Positions 56,722 to 64,000 of a DNA stretch of 64,000 bases are shown here, one piece after another. This stretch comes from Myxococcota bacterium (GTDB lineage: Bacteria; Myxococcota_A; Polyangia; Polyangiales; Houyiibacteriaceae): NCBI GenBank assembly GCA_028284955.1, contig JANQQS010000102.1, positions 76,275 through 140,274 on the forward strand, in the 5' to 3' direction. Under the pieces are notes generated by a model. It did not search any database and was not told the origin of the DNA. It worked only from the letters and a program-made list of their open reading frames with translations. The position numbers were made by a program, and so were the translations under genes. Position 1 is the stretch's first letter. Each line of letters starts with the position of its first letter.

Positions 56722-57838
56722 TTTGCTCTTCAGTCATGCCGGGATAGAGAGGCAAAGAGAGCAGCTCGGACGAAATCGCTTCCGTGACCGGCAAGTCGCC
56801 TTCTTGATGGCCCCATCTTTCTCGATAAAAAGACATCAAATGCATGGGCTGAAAGTGGACCGAGTAGGCGATGTTTCGTGCCCGGAAATGTTCCATGACG
56901 CGTTCACGGTCCGGCGCGCCTCGGCTAGAGTCAAGGCGTACTGCGACGAGGTGATGCGCGGGGGTATCTTCGGGGTGCGCGGTCGCCTGAAAGCGAACGA
57001 AGGCGACGTCGGATAGCGCCTCGCGGTACTGAGCTGCGATCTTTGCTCGAGCTTCGATAAAGCTATCGAGTTTTTGAAGCTGCACCAGGCCGAGGGCGGC
57101 GTTGATGTCGGTGGTGTTGTATTTGAAACCGGCTGTGACGACGTCGTAGCGCCAGGTGCCGGTATTCGTATAGCGGCGCCATGCGTCTTTGGACATTCCA
57201 TGGAGACGCATGCGATGAACAGCGTCGGCAACTTCTTGAGAGCGGGTGGTGAGCATTCCTCCTTCACCGGTCGTCATGTTCTTGTTGGCGTAAAAGCTGA
57301 ACGCTGCCGCGTCCGCGTCTGCGCCGATGGGGCGCCCTCGGTAACGAGCTCCCGCGGCGTGCGCCGCATCCTCGATCAGAGCGATACCGCGGCGCGTGCA
57401 TAGCTCGCGAATCGGCGCGAGATCACACGGCAATCCCGCGTAGTGCACCGCGATGACCGCGCGCGTGCGCTCGGTGAGCCGGGGCTCGATGGTCGCGGCG
57501 GTGATGTTCCACGTTTCGGGGTCGATTTCTGCGAATACTGGCTTGGCGCCCACGTGGCAGATGACATTCGCTGTGGCGGCGAACGTGAGCGACGAGGTCA
57601 CGACTTCGTCTTCCGAGCCTACGCCGAGCGCGAGCAAGGCGAGATGAAGACCGGCCGTGCATGAGTTGAGGGCTTTGGCGTGCTCTGCGCCGCAGTAGCG
57701 CTGAAACGCCTGTTCGAATTCGGCGGTGCGTGGCCCCATCGTCACCCATCCGCTCCGCAACGTGGCCACGACGGCCTCGATCTCCTGGTCGTCGATGCTT
57801 GGCTTGAAAAAGGGGATCGGAGGCGGAGAATCAGGCAT
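56681..57838 (-). CDS. DegT/DnrJ/EryC1/StrS-family sugar aminotransferase
   Basis: 'IPFFKPSIDDQEIEAVVATLRSGWVTMGPRTAEFEQAFQRY..LNSCTAGLHLAL' and 'FSFYANKNMTTGEGG' (PLP-Lys region). The ATG at 57838 overlaps the upstream stop. The 3' end overlaps the convergent glycosidase gene by 41 nt. Confidence 0.9.
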   Translation of the reverse strand: MPDSPPPIPFFKPSIDDQEIEAVVATLRSGWVTMGPRTAEFEQAFQRYCGAEHAKALNSCTAGLHLALLALGVGSEDEVVTSSLTFAATANVICHVGAKPVFAEIDPETWNITAATIEPRLTERTRAVIAVHYAGLPCDLAPIRELCTRRGIALIEDAAHAAGARYRGRPIGADADAAAFSFYANKNMTTGEGGMLTTRSQEVADAVHRMRLHGMSKDAWRRYTNTGTWRYDVVTAGFKYNTTDINAALGLVQLQKLDSFIEARAKIAAQYREALSDVAFVRFQATAHPEDTPAHHLVAVRLDSSRGAPDRERVMEHFRARNIAYSVHFQPMHLMSFYRERWGHQEGDLPVTEAISSELLSLPLYPGMTEEQINRVVDALRTVAA

Positions 57839-58997
57839 GCGGCAAACCCTTACGTGCGAGTAATCGGTCATACACCGCGGCGGTCTTTTCCGCCGCGCGC
57901 CGAACATCAAAGAGCGACTGCGCGCGTGCACCCGCGGCTGCACCGAGCCGCGTTCGGAGGTCAGAATCGGACGCAAGAAGGCACATCGCCCGGGTCAGAG
58001 CGTGATGATCGGAGGGGGGCACGATCAACCCGGTCTCGTCGCGAGCGACCACTTCGCGGCAGCCACGAACATCGGTGGTGATCGCGGGTTTGTTCATCGC
58101 GGCAGCTTCCATAAGCACGCGGGGCCAACCTTCGGTGGCGTTTTTGTCGCTTGCGAGAACCACCACGTCGGCTGCGGCGTACAGGTTCGGCATGTCATTT
58201 CTCCGTCCAAGCCATCGCACATGCGGGTCGCCCGGCGTCTCGCCATTTGATTGGGTGACCGCATCGCGCTTTTCACGATCCGCTTCTCCGACGAGCGCCA
58301 GTTTGATTCGCGGGTCGGTGCGCGACGCAGACCGAGCGGCTTCGAGTACGTCGAACACGCCCTTTGCACGCACCAGCCGTCCCGCCGCGAGGAACAATAC
58401 ATCGGAATCTTGAAGTCCGAGTTCATGGCGTATGGTGCGCCGCTCCGCTGCGCGGTTCGGCGAGAAGCGATCGAGATCGATTCCATTGCCTACGAGCGTT
58501 ACTTTGTCCGGAGAGACGGCTCCGGATCGAATGATCGTATTCGCGTCTTCTCGCGATTGCGCGAGCACCGCGTCGACCCGGATGCTGGCGATACGCTCGA
58601 GTGAGCTATGAAGCGCGCGCTGCGGTTCCTTGGTTTCGAGCGAATACGCGAGGCCGTGCATGGTGTGCACGATAATCGGCGTTTGCGCGATGGCGGCAAG
58701 CACGCGACCCATCAACCCGACTTTGGTGGCGTGGGTATGAACGATATGGAATCGATGCTGCCGAAAATGTTGAAGCAACTCCGCGGCGCCCACACAGTCT
58801 ATGTCGAGCCGAGCGCCGCGAGTGATCCGGTGAGGAAGCCATGCTGCGCCATCGGGGGAGGGCTGCTCCGCGCGAGGGCCGCGCGGCGTTATGTTCCATA
58901 CCGACCATCCTCGACGGACCAGCGGCTGGTTGTAGGGAACTCCCCAAGGGATGCCGAGGTCGGAAGACCAAGCGTGGGCGAGGCGGACGGAGGTCAT
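57831..58997 (-). CDS. Family-4 (GT-B) glycosyltransferase
   Basis: 'FHIVHTHATKVGLMGRV', 'LFLAAGRLVRAKGV' and 'EGWPRVLMEAAAMNKPAITTDVRGCREVV' (E-x7-E region). The real start is the ATG at 58997 (ATGA overlap with the upstream stop). The 262-aa Arg-rich N-terminal part of the 650-aa ORF overlaps the upstream gene and is rejected. Confidence 0.88.
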   Translation of the reverse strand: MTSVRLAHAWSSDLGIPWGVPYNQPLVRRGWSVWNITPRGPRAEQPSPDGAAWLPHRITRGARLDIDCVGAAELLQHFRQHRFHIVHTHATKVGLMGRVLAAIAQTPIIVHTMHGLAYSLETKEPQRALHSSLERIASIRVDAVLAQSREDANTIIRSGAVSPDKVTLVGNGIDLDRFSPNRAAERRTIRHELGLQDSDVLFLAAGRLVRAKGVFDVLEAARSASRTDPRIKLALVGEADREKRDAVTQSNGETPGDPHVRWLGRRNDMPNLYAAADVVVLASDKNATEGWPRVLMEAAAMNKPAITTDVRGCREVVARDETGLIVPPSDHHALTRAMCLLASDSDLRTRLGAAAGARAQSLFDVRRAAEKTAAVYDRLLARKGLPHA

Positions 58998-60025
58998 GGG
59001 TGATGCTCCGCGGTAGGCAAGAGGGCTCTCAGGGCCAGCACGGAGTTGATGGGGACAAAACCACATCGCGCGTAGAGCCGCAATGCGGCGTCGTTGCGCA
59101 GCTGGGTGCCGACTTCGACAAACGCGGCTCCCGCGCTTCGGCACCAATCGACGGTGGTGCGGATCAACCCTCGCCCGATGCCCTGGCCGCGTGCTTGCTC
59201 GGCGACGCCAACCAGCCATATCTTGGCGACGAGACGATTGAAATGTCGCTCGGCTCCGCGATTCAGACGAACGGTCATGAAGCCCATCACGTCCGAGCCG
59301 CAGCTCGCGACGAACACTGCGTCGTCCAATCCCCGGCAGGAGTTTTCGATCCACGCCGCATAGGCAGCGTCGGCACGCGAGGCGTCGATGCTCGGGTCGG
59401 CGTGCAGGCGGTCGGTGCGGTATGCAGTTTTGGCGATGTCTCGGAGCGCGGGAATGTCGGTGTCTTGCCACGGTCGGTAGTCGACGCCGGTTGCACCCGC
59501 GGTTTCTCGGTCGTCCGTTGTGGGGTTCGTATGGTTCGCGAGGGGGAGCGTCCAATGCTGCACCGCATCGAGGGTGACGAAACCTTTGCGCTCGAGCAGG
59601 TGCAGAAGGGCGATCTCTTCCATGTCGATGCGGATGGTGATGTGCGTGAGCTCGCGGGCTTTCAGACGATCGAGCGCCCGCGCGAGCAACGCTTCTCGGA
59701 ACACGTCGGCGTGGGGGCTCGATTCGTCGACCATCAGCGGTCCCACGAAGCCCGCGCGAATGCCGAGCGCTTCTGATTCCCAATCGCGCGGGCCAAGGAT
59801 CACAAACCCTTCTGACTCGTTGGCGCTCGATGTCGCGCGGATGGAAAAGGCTTCTACGCCCTCTGCGCGCAGTTGATGCAGAGCGACTTCTTGGTGGTAG
59901 GCGACCGTCGCGTCCAGCGGTAGCTCGGGATAGTAGTGGAAGGCGCGCCCGCGATGCTGGGCGATGATTCCGGGCACGATCGCTCTCTTTGCGCTCTCGC
60001 CGCCGTCAATCGGCTCGATGATCAT
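58994..60025 (-). CDS. GNAT-family N-acetyltransferase, two-lobed (WecD/TDP-fucosamine acetyltransferase-like architecture)
   Basis: The acetyl-CoA site is 'IWLVGVAEQARGQGIGRGLIRTTVDWCRSAGAAFVEVGTQLRNDAALRLYARCGF'. The N-terminal ~170 aa form a second GNAT-like lobe. The start is ATG 60025 (alternative TTG 60094). Confidence 0.75.
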   Translation of the reverse strand: MIIEPIDGGESAKRAIVPGIIAQHRGRAFHYYPELPLDATVAYHQEVALHQLRAEGVEAFSIRATSSANESEGFVILGPRDWESEALGIRAGFVGPLMVDESSPHADVFREALLARALDRLKARELTHITIRIDMEEIALLHLLERKGFVTLDAVQHWTLPLANHTNPTTDDRETAGATGVDYRPWQDTDIPALRDIAKTAYRTDRLHADPSIDASRADAAYAAWIENSCRGLDDAVFVASCGSDVMGFMTVRLNRGAERHFNRLVAKIWLVGVAEQARGQGIGRGLIRTTVDWCRSAGAAFVEVGTQLRNDAALRLYARCGFVPINSVLALRALLPTAEHHP

Positions 60026-60707
60026 CAAGTAGATCTCCAATGATCGAATCAAACCGAAAAGGGCGAATGCCCAAAGGAAGGCAGAGGGTTGCAATCACGA
60101 TTTTCAGATCCAGGGCCAAGCTCCATGCGTCGACGTACCGCAAATCGATCTGAATTCTCGTTTTCCAGGGAATACGGTTGCGGCCGAGTACCGCTGCGAG
60201 GCTCGTGATTCCGGGAGGGACGCAGAGCTTTCGGCGCTCCTCCCAAGTGTACATGGATTCGTGTTCCACCATATCGGGGCGCGGCCCGACGAGGCTCATT
60301 TCTCCGCGAAGCACGTTGAGCAACTGGGGAAGCTCATCGAGCCCGCCGCGAAGCAAAGCGCCTAGCTTCGTGATGCGTGCGTCCCGTTTTCCGATAAACG
60401 TCGAGCCGTCCGCGTTGAACTGCACCGGGGCGTGTTCGACCATGGTGCGAAACTTGTAGACGTCGAAATGTGCTCCGTTTTGTCCGACGCGCTTTTGGCG
60501 ATAAAGCGCGCCTCCGGGGCTCTCCAAACGAATGGCCGCCGCGACCAGCGCGCCAAAGGGAGCTCCGCAAGCGATCGTCACTGCTGCTGCGCTGCGATCG
60601 ATGGCTCGCTTGAGTGAGAATTGTCGCGGTTTACGTTGTTCAGGAGCTCGCGCGTCGGCCCGGATGTCTCGGTCAGGCGTGCCCGCCACGGCAGCGTGGG
60701 CGTTCAT
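60006..60707 (-). CDS. Small monotopic phosphoglycosyl transferase (bacterial sugar transferase, PglC/WbaP-C-terminal type)
   Basis: 'KRAIDRSAAAVTIACGAPFGALVAAAIRLESPGGALYRQKRVGQNGAHFDVYKFRTM' and 'DELPQLLNVLRGEMSLVGPRP'. The ATG at 60707 overlaps the upstream stop (ATGA). Confidence 0.9.
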   Translation of the reverse strand: MNAHAAVAGTPDRDIRADARAPEQRKPRQFSLKRAIDRSAAAVTIACGAPFGALVAAAIRLESPGGALYRQKRVGQNGAHFDVYKFRTMVEHAPVQFNADGSTFIGKRDARITKLGALLRGGLDELPQLLNVLRGEMSLVGPRPDMVEHESMYTWEERRKLCVPPGITSLAAVLGRNRIPWKTRIQIDLRYVDAWSLALDLKIVIATLCLPLGIRPFRFDSIIGDLLDDHRAD

Positions 60708-61399
60708 CGTACAATCTCCCGAACCACCACGAAGGGCTCGGCGTACGCGCAGGCGGCCCACTGGCCCCAATAGGCGGCGCGAGTTTTGAGCGCTTCGAGC
60801 GATCGAGGATGGGGAGCAGGTCGTAGCTCCGACGTGTAGCAAGCCATCGCTTCCAGTTTCCGCTCTAGCGTGCGTTCGATATCGACAAAGCGCGTGGGCA
60901 CAAACTGCAGCGATTCAGCGGGGATTCCCCACTCGGTTGAGGACGGCGTCTCGTACGCGTAGAGCGCGTTTGGCGCGTGCGGGTTCGGAGGCCTACAGGC
61001 CACTGCGGACGCGTTCGATACGATTCCATGATCACTGTTGATATCGCCCCAATGGTGCGTGTACGCCACGTCGGGCTGAATTTCTCGAAGCTGCGCTTCA
61101 ATCGCCTGGACGATGTCGATGAGCGGAACGGTTTCGAGCTTCTGATCGGGAAGCCCCAGAAACCGCACGTTGGAAATACCGAGAACGCTTGCGGCCTTGT
61201 GGCAGGCTTGCTCGAGTTCGGACTTTGCGGAATCAGCATACCGCGACGAAGCGCCTTCCGACGCGATCACGACTGAGACGTCGTCTCCGCGATCGACGTG
61301 TCGGGCGACGGTTCCCCCAAGCCCGAGCAGCTCATCGTCGGGGTGGGCGGAGATGACGAGGACGCGTCTGTGCGGAGGGGTGCTGGTTGCTTCATTCAT
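60704..61399 (-). CDS. PIG-L/LmbE-family N-acetylglucosaminyl deacetylase
   Basis: 'RVLVISAHPDDELLGLGGTVARH' and 'HHWGDINSDH' are the zinc-binding motifs. I chose the ATG at 61399. The upstream 175 aa of the ORF are Ser/Arg-rich junk that overlaps the WbqC gene. Confidence 0.88.
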   Translation of the reverse strand: MNEATSTPPHRRVLVISAHPDDELLGLGGTVARHVDRGDDVSVVIASEGASSRYADSAKSELEQACHKAASVLGISNVRFLGLPDQKLETVPLIDIVQAIEAQLREIQPDVAYTHHWGDINSDHGIVSNASAVACRPPNPHAPNALYAYETPSSTEWGIPAESLQFVPTRFVDIERTLERKLEAMACYTSELRPAPHPRSLEALKTRAAYWGQWAACAYAEPFVVVREIVR

Positions 61400-61439
61400 A
61401 GGATGGTTGTCGCGGTTCGTGGATGGATCCGATTTGTGG

Positions 61440-62138
61440 TCAATCAGGTCTTTGTGAATCGATGAGGTGACGCGCGTCGCGGCCGAGAAATGCCCATGCG
61501 TCGAGCGCGCTGAGTCCGCCTCGTTGGTCTTCGGGGAGCTCCTTGTCGCCCCGGTAGCTGGGAATCGAGAAGTTCTGTACCTCGATTGCGATGTCCGCCT
61601 TTGCGAACGACTCTTGGTCGAGATAGGTCGCGCCAGTCCGCCCGGCAATGTAGCGCGAGGCGCGGAACTGGCGGCAAATCTCGAGAACGAGGTCCCCCTT
61701 GGTAGCGGTGAGTTCGAGGGTCGATGAGCGCACGACCTTGCCGGGATGGACGCCGAACGCGTCGAGGAGCATGTCCACGCTTGCACAACCAACATCGACC
61801 AGTCGATCGTAGTCCGAGGTGTAGAAACGATCGACGGCTTCTCGCATGGCATCGAACCCTGGCGCCCGACCGTAGGCCGCGACGATCGACTTGAAGTGCT
61901 TCTTCTTCCAGCGTTGATCCACAATGCGCACTTCGTCGATTTGCTGCGGAAACGCGTGCACGTAGGGGATGGTGAGCCAAAAGGGGCCGTTTGAACCGGA
62001 AATGCGGGCTCGGTGTTGCAAACTGGAACGGTCGAACTGAACGTGATCGAGCAGTACCAGCACGTCTGCGCGTTGCGCCTTGTCGAGAAAGCCGAGCCAC
62101 GGAAAGTATTCGGGCTGATGAATCACAACCGTACTCAT
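61440..62138 (-). CDS. WbqC-family protein (O-antigen/amino-sugar cluster-associated, function unknown)
   Basis: 'VVIHQPEYFPWLGFLDKAQRADVLVLLDHVQFDRSSLQHRARI' matches the WbqC N-terminal pattern. Confidence 0.8.
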   Translation of the reverse strand: MSTVVIHQPEYFPWLGFLDKAQRADVLVLLDHVQFDRSSLQHRARISGSNGPFWLTIPYVHAFPQQIDEVRIVDQRWKKKHFKSIVAAYGRAPGFDAMREAVDRFYTSDYDRLVDVGCASVDMLLDAFGVHPGKVVRSSTLELTATKGDLVLEICRQFRASRYIAGRTGATYLDQESFAKADIAIEVQNFSIPSYRGDKELPEDQRGGLSALDAWAFLGRDARHLIDSQRPD

Positions 62139-62192
62139 GGGTAGGTGGCCTTTGTCATGGCTGCACCGGGGCCATTGGCTGCACCGTGGACA

Positions 62193-63476
62193 TCATGGCT
62201 GCACCGGGCTCAGTGCGCCGAGCACCACACGAAGCGATTGCACCACCTGCTCGGCATCCTGCAGGGTCATGGCGGCATGCATGGGAAGCGTGATTTGCCT
62301 CGGAAGGATCGATTCCGCAACCGGAAGCGCGGCCGCCCAGGTGGCGCCCGAGGAGGTGGCACCCGAGGAGGTGGCACCCGAGGAGGTGGCGCCCGAGGAG
62401 CTGTCGCGCGCTTGCGCGTCGCGCTGGAACACGGGCATTTGATGACACGGCGGGCTGTAGAGCGCGCCGATCTCGATCTGGTGCTCTCTAGCCATGGCCT
62501 GCCGGAGCGTGTGTCGATCCACGCCTTCGGGAATCAGTACGGGATACTTGTAGTAGGCGGGGGCGGCATCGGTGCGTGGCGAGGGAAGGGTGATTGCGCC
62601 GCGGTCCGGGGGACTGTCCTCGAGCAACTCGTCGTAGCGCGCCGCGATTGCCCTGCGTACGGAAAGAAACTCGTCGAGCCGTCGAAACTGGTTGAGCGCC
62701 ACCACGGAGCGCACTTCATCGAGCACCCAGTCGTTCCCTGGTCGTTCGATATGTTCGAGCGACGCGCCTTGTCCGTGGTGGCGAAGCGAGCGAGCGTAGT
62801 CTGCGAGTTCGTCGTCGTCGGTGGTAAGCATTCCGCCCACCCCGCAGGTGAGTATCTTGGTGGGATAGAATGAAAAACACCCTGCGTAGCCGAGGCTTCC
62901 CGCTTCCTTGTCGGAAGGGCCTGTCCCATCCGCACGGGAGACGTTGAGCGTTGCGCCATGGGCGTGCGCGCAATCCTCGACGATCGGAATCGAGCGTTTG
63001 CGGCATGCTTCGGTGAGCGCGTCGAGCCCTTTCGGAATGAAGCCGGCCACGTGCACCACAACGACGGCGGCGGTGCGGTCGCTCAAGCGCGCGATGGCGT
63101 CTTCCGCGTCGATTCCGTAGTCGTCTTGGTTCATGTCGGCGAAGATCGGAGTCCCGCCCGCGAATCGAACCGCGTTCGCGGTGGCGACGAACGTATTGGT
63201 GGGGACGATCACTTCTCGCCCCGCCACGTTGAGGAATCGGAATACGATCTCCAGCGCGGCGGTGCAGCTGGTCAGTGAAATCGCATGCTTCGTGCCGACA
63301 CGTGCGGCAAACGCTGCCTCGAGCTCCCTCGACTGCGGACCCAGAATCAAGCGACCGCCGCGCAATACGTCCCCAATCGCAGCGGTGATGGTGCGAATGT
63401 CTTCTTCGACGAAGTGCGGGCGGGCCGCGGAAATTGTTCGTTTGGATGCCGGCGTGCGTTCGGGGGGGCTCGTCAT
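62193..63476 (-). CDS. DegT/DnrJ/EryC1/StrS-family sugar aminotransferase carrying an in-frame (GATSS)4 insertion
   Basis: 'ARPHFVEEDIRTITAAIGDVLRGGRLILGPQSRELEAAFAARVG..LTSCTAALEIV' and 'FSFYPTKILTCGVGG'. The ATG at 63476 overlaps the upstream stop (ATGA). Confidence 0.88.
   Translation of the reverse strand: MTSPPERTPASKRTISAARPHFVEEDIRTITAAIGDVLRGGRLILGPQSRELEAAFAARVGTKHAISLTSCTAALEIVFRFLNVAGREVIVPTNTFVATANAVRFAGGTPIFADMNQDDYGIDAEDAIARLSDRTAAVVVVHVAGFIPKGLDALTEACRKRSIPIVEDCAHAHGATLNVSRADGTGPSDKEAGSLGYAGCFSFYPTKILTCGVGGMLTTDDDELADYARSLRHHGQGASLEHIERPGNDWVLDEVRSVVALNQFRRLDEFLSVRRAIAARYDELLEDSPPDRGAITLPSPRTDAAPAYYKYPVLIPEGVDRHTLRQAMAREHQIEIGALYSPPCHQMPVFQRDAQARDSSSGATSSGATSSGATSSGATWAAALPVAESILPRQITLPMHAAMTLQDAEQVVQSLRVVLGALSPVQP
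62341..62400. repeat. Four tandem 15-bp units (GTGGCRCCCGAGGAG) inside the aminotransferase gene
   Basis: Read directly. On the minus strand it encodes 'SSSGATSSGATSSGATSSGAT'. Confidence 0.9.
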
Positions 63477-64000
63477 GGTGTCTTGCTCGTGTGTTGCATC
63501 ATCTGAACGAGTTCGTTCATCCCGTGCTCGAGAGACACCGAAGGTTGCCATTCGAGGGCGGCCTCTGTGAGCTGTATATCGAGACTGCGGGTCGGCCAGG
63601 TTTTTCCGGGCGGCGCTTCTTGTCGGACGATTGTGGGCTGCGATCCAAGGCGCGCTCCCGATTCCTTCGCGGCCGCGGCAAGCTCCGCGATGGTGTATGT
63701 TTGACCGCTTCCGATATTGAGGGCGGGAGGGAGCGGTTCGCGATCGAGCGCGCGCTCAAACGCTCGGGTTACATCGTCCACATGCACGAGGTCGAGGCGC
63801 TGTTGCCCGTCGCCGTACATGGTGATGTCCCCGCCGCTCGCAGCGGCGCGCGCGAAACGCTCGGCGACGCCCTGAATACCCAAGTCGACCCCGATGCCTG
63901 CGCCATACACATTGGCCATCCGGAGGGCGGTGCCCCCGCCCCATGCCGACCACGCATGTTCGGCGGAGTCTTTAAGGGTGCCGTATAGGTCGTCTGGTTC
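63473..64000 (-). CDS. NAD-dependent sugar epimerase/dehydratase (SDR family), C-terminal part; the 5' end lies beyond the window
   Basis: The frame is open to base 64000: 'EPDDLYGTLKDSAEHAW' is the YxxxK catalytic motif, followed by 'RMANVYG' and 'GDGQQRLDLVHVDDV'. Confidence 0.85.
   Translation of the reverse strand, partial: EPDDLYGTLKDSAEHAWSAWGGGTALRMANVYGAGIGVDLGIQGVAERFARAAASGGDITMYGDGQQRLDLVHVDDVTRAFERALDREPLPPALNIGSGQTYTIAELAAAAKESGARLGSQPTIVRQEAPPGKTWPTRSLDIQLTEAALEWQPSVSLEHGMNELVQMMQHTSKTP

Noticed and set aside
57831-59783. A 650-aa ORF suggesting a much longer glycosyltransferase with a 262-aa N-terminal extension.
   Set aside because: The extension is extremely Arg/Pro-rich ('RRRVPRSVARAGARSSESPRAHAHHHPHRHGRDRP'). 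It overlaps the well-supported GNAT gene in another frame. An ATG at 58997 forms an ATGA junction with the GNAT stop. The same logic applies to the N-terminal parts of ORFs 60704-61924, 60006-60842, 56681-57976, 62193-63551, 37808-38578 and 27270-28160.
62341-62400. The repeat-encoded 'SGAT' x4 matches the core of the ApbE flavinylation motif ([ST]GA[ST]), and an apbE gene is present at 29058-30257.
   Set aside because: The host protein is a cytoplasmic PLP aminotransferase with no signal peptide, whereas ApbE is an extracytoplasmic lipoprotein. The match is a four-residue low-complexity coincidence.

Overview
The window looks like a high-GC, myxobacteria-like (Myxococcota) chromosomal segment. 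Supporting traits are many Hanks kinases, PEGA domains, a sigma54 enhancer-binding protein, an AgmX/PglI C-terminal domain and a MYXO-CTERM-like tail. I support about 50 CDS and found no rRNA, tRNA, CRISPR array, transposase or integrase.

Layout:
- 1-37.7 kb is mostly housekeeping: mutL-miaA, dinB, mutS2, sppA, acetoacetyl-CoA synthetase, citrate synthase, ileS and folD. Interspersed are signalling and envelope genes (a REC-PEGA protein, two Ser/Thr kinases with PEGA ectodomains, a TonB-like protein, an ApbE lipoprotein, several lipoproteins) and eukaryote-like genes (Memo-like, a DPM1-like GT2 plus a DUF2723/TPR GT-C membrane protein, and a PRMT-like methyltransferase).
- 38.1-52.6 kb holds an NtrC-type enhancer-binding protein divergent from an 8-gene, partly translationally coupled operon. 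Its architecture matches the Myxococcus Glt (gliding) / Nfs (spore-coat assembly) envelope machines. A degenerate MotA/TolQ/ExbB-like 3-TM gene and a structured ~420-bp repeat region sit in the middle.
- 52.7-64.0 kb follows immediately with an outer-membrane beta-barrel plus a short Wza-type exporter. Next come a methyltransferase and a surface-anchored phosphodiester glycosidase, then an 8-gene minus-strand amino-sugar and glycan-initiation operon.

The most interesting point is the physical fusion of the Glt/Nfs-like machine with an Exo-like polysaccharide export and biosynthesis locus. The window also carries many short (9-22 bp) tandem repeats, both in-frame and intergenic.

Functional calls come from motifs I recognise in the supplied translations. 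No database search was possible. Coordinates of repeats and promoters may be off by 1-2 nt.
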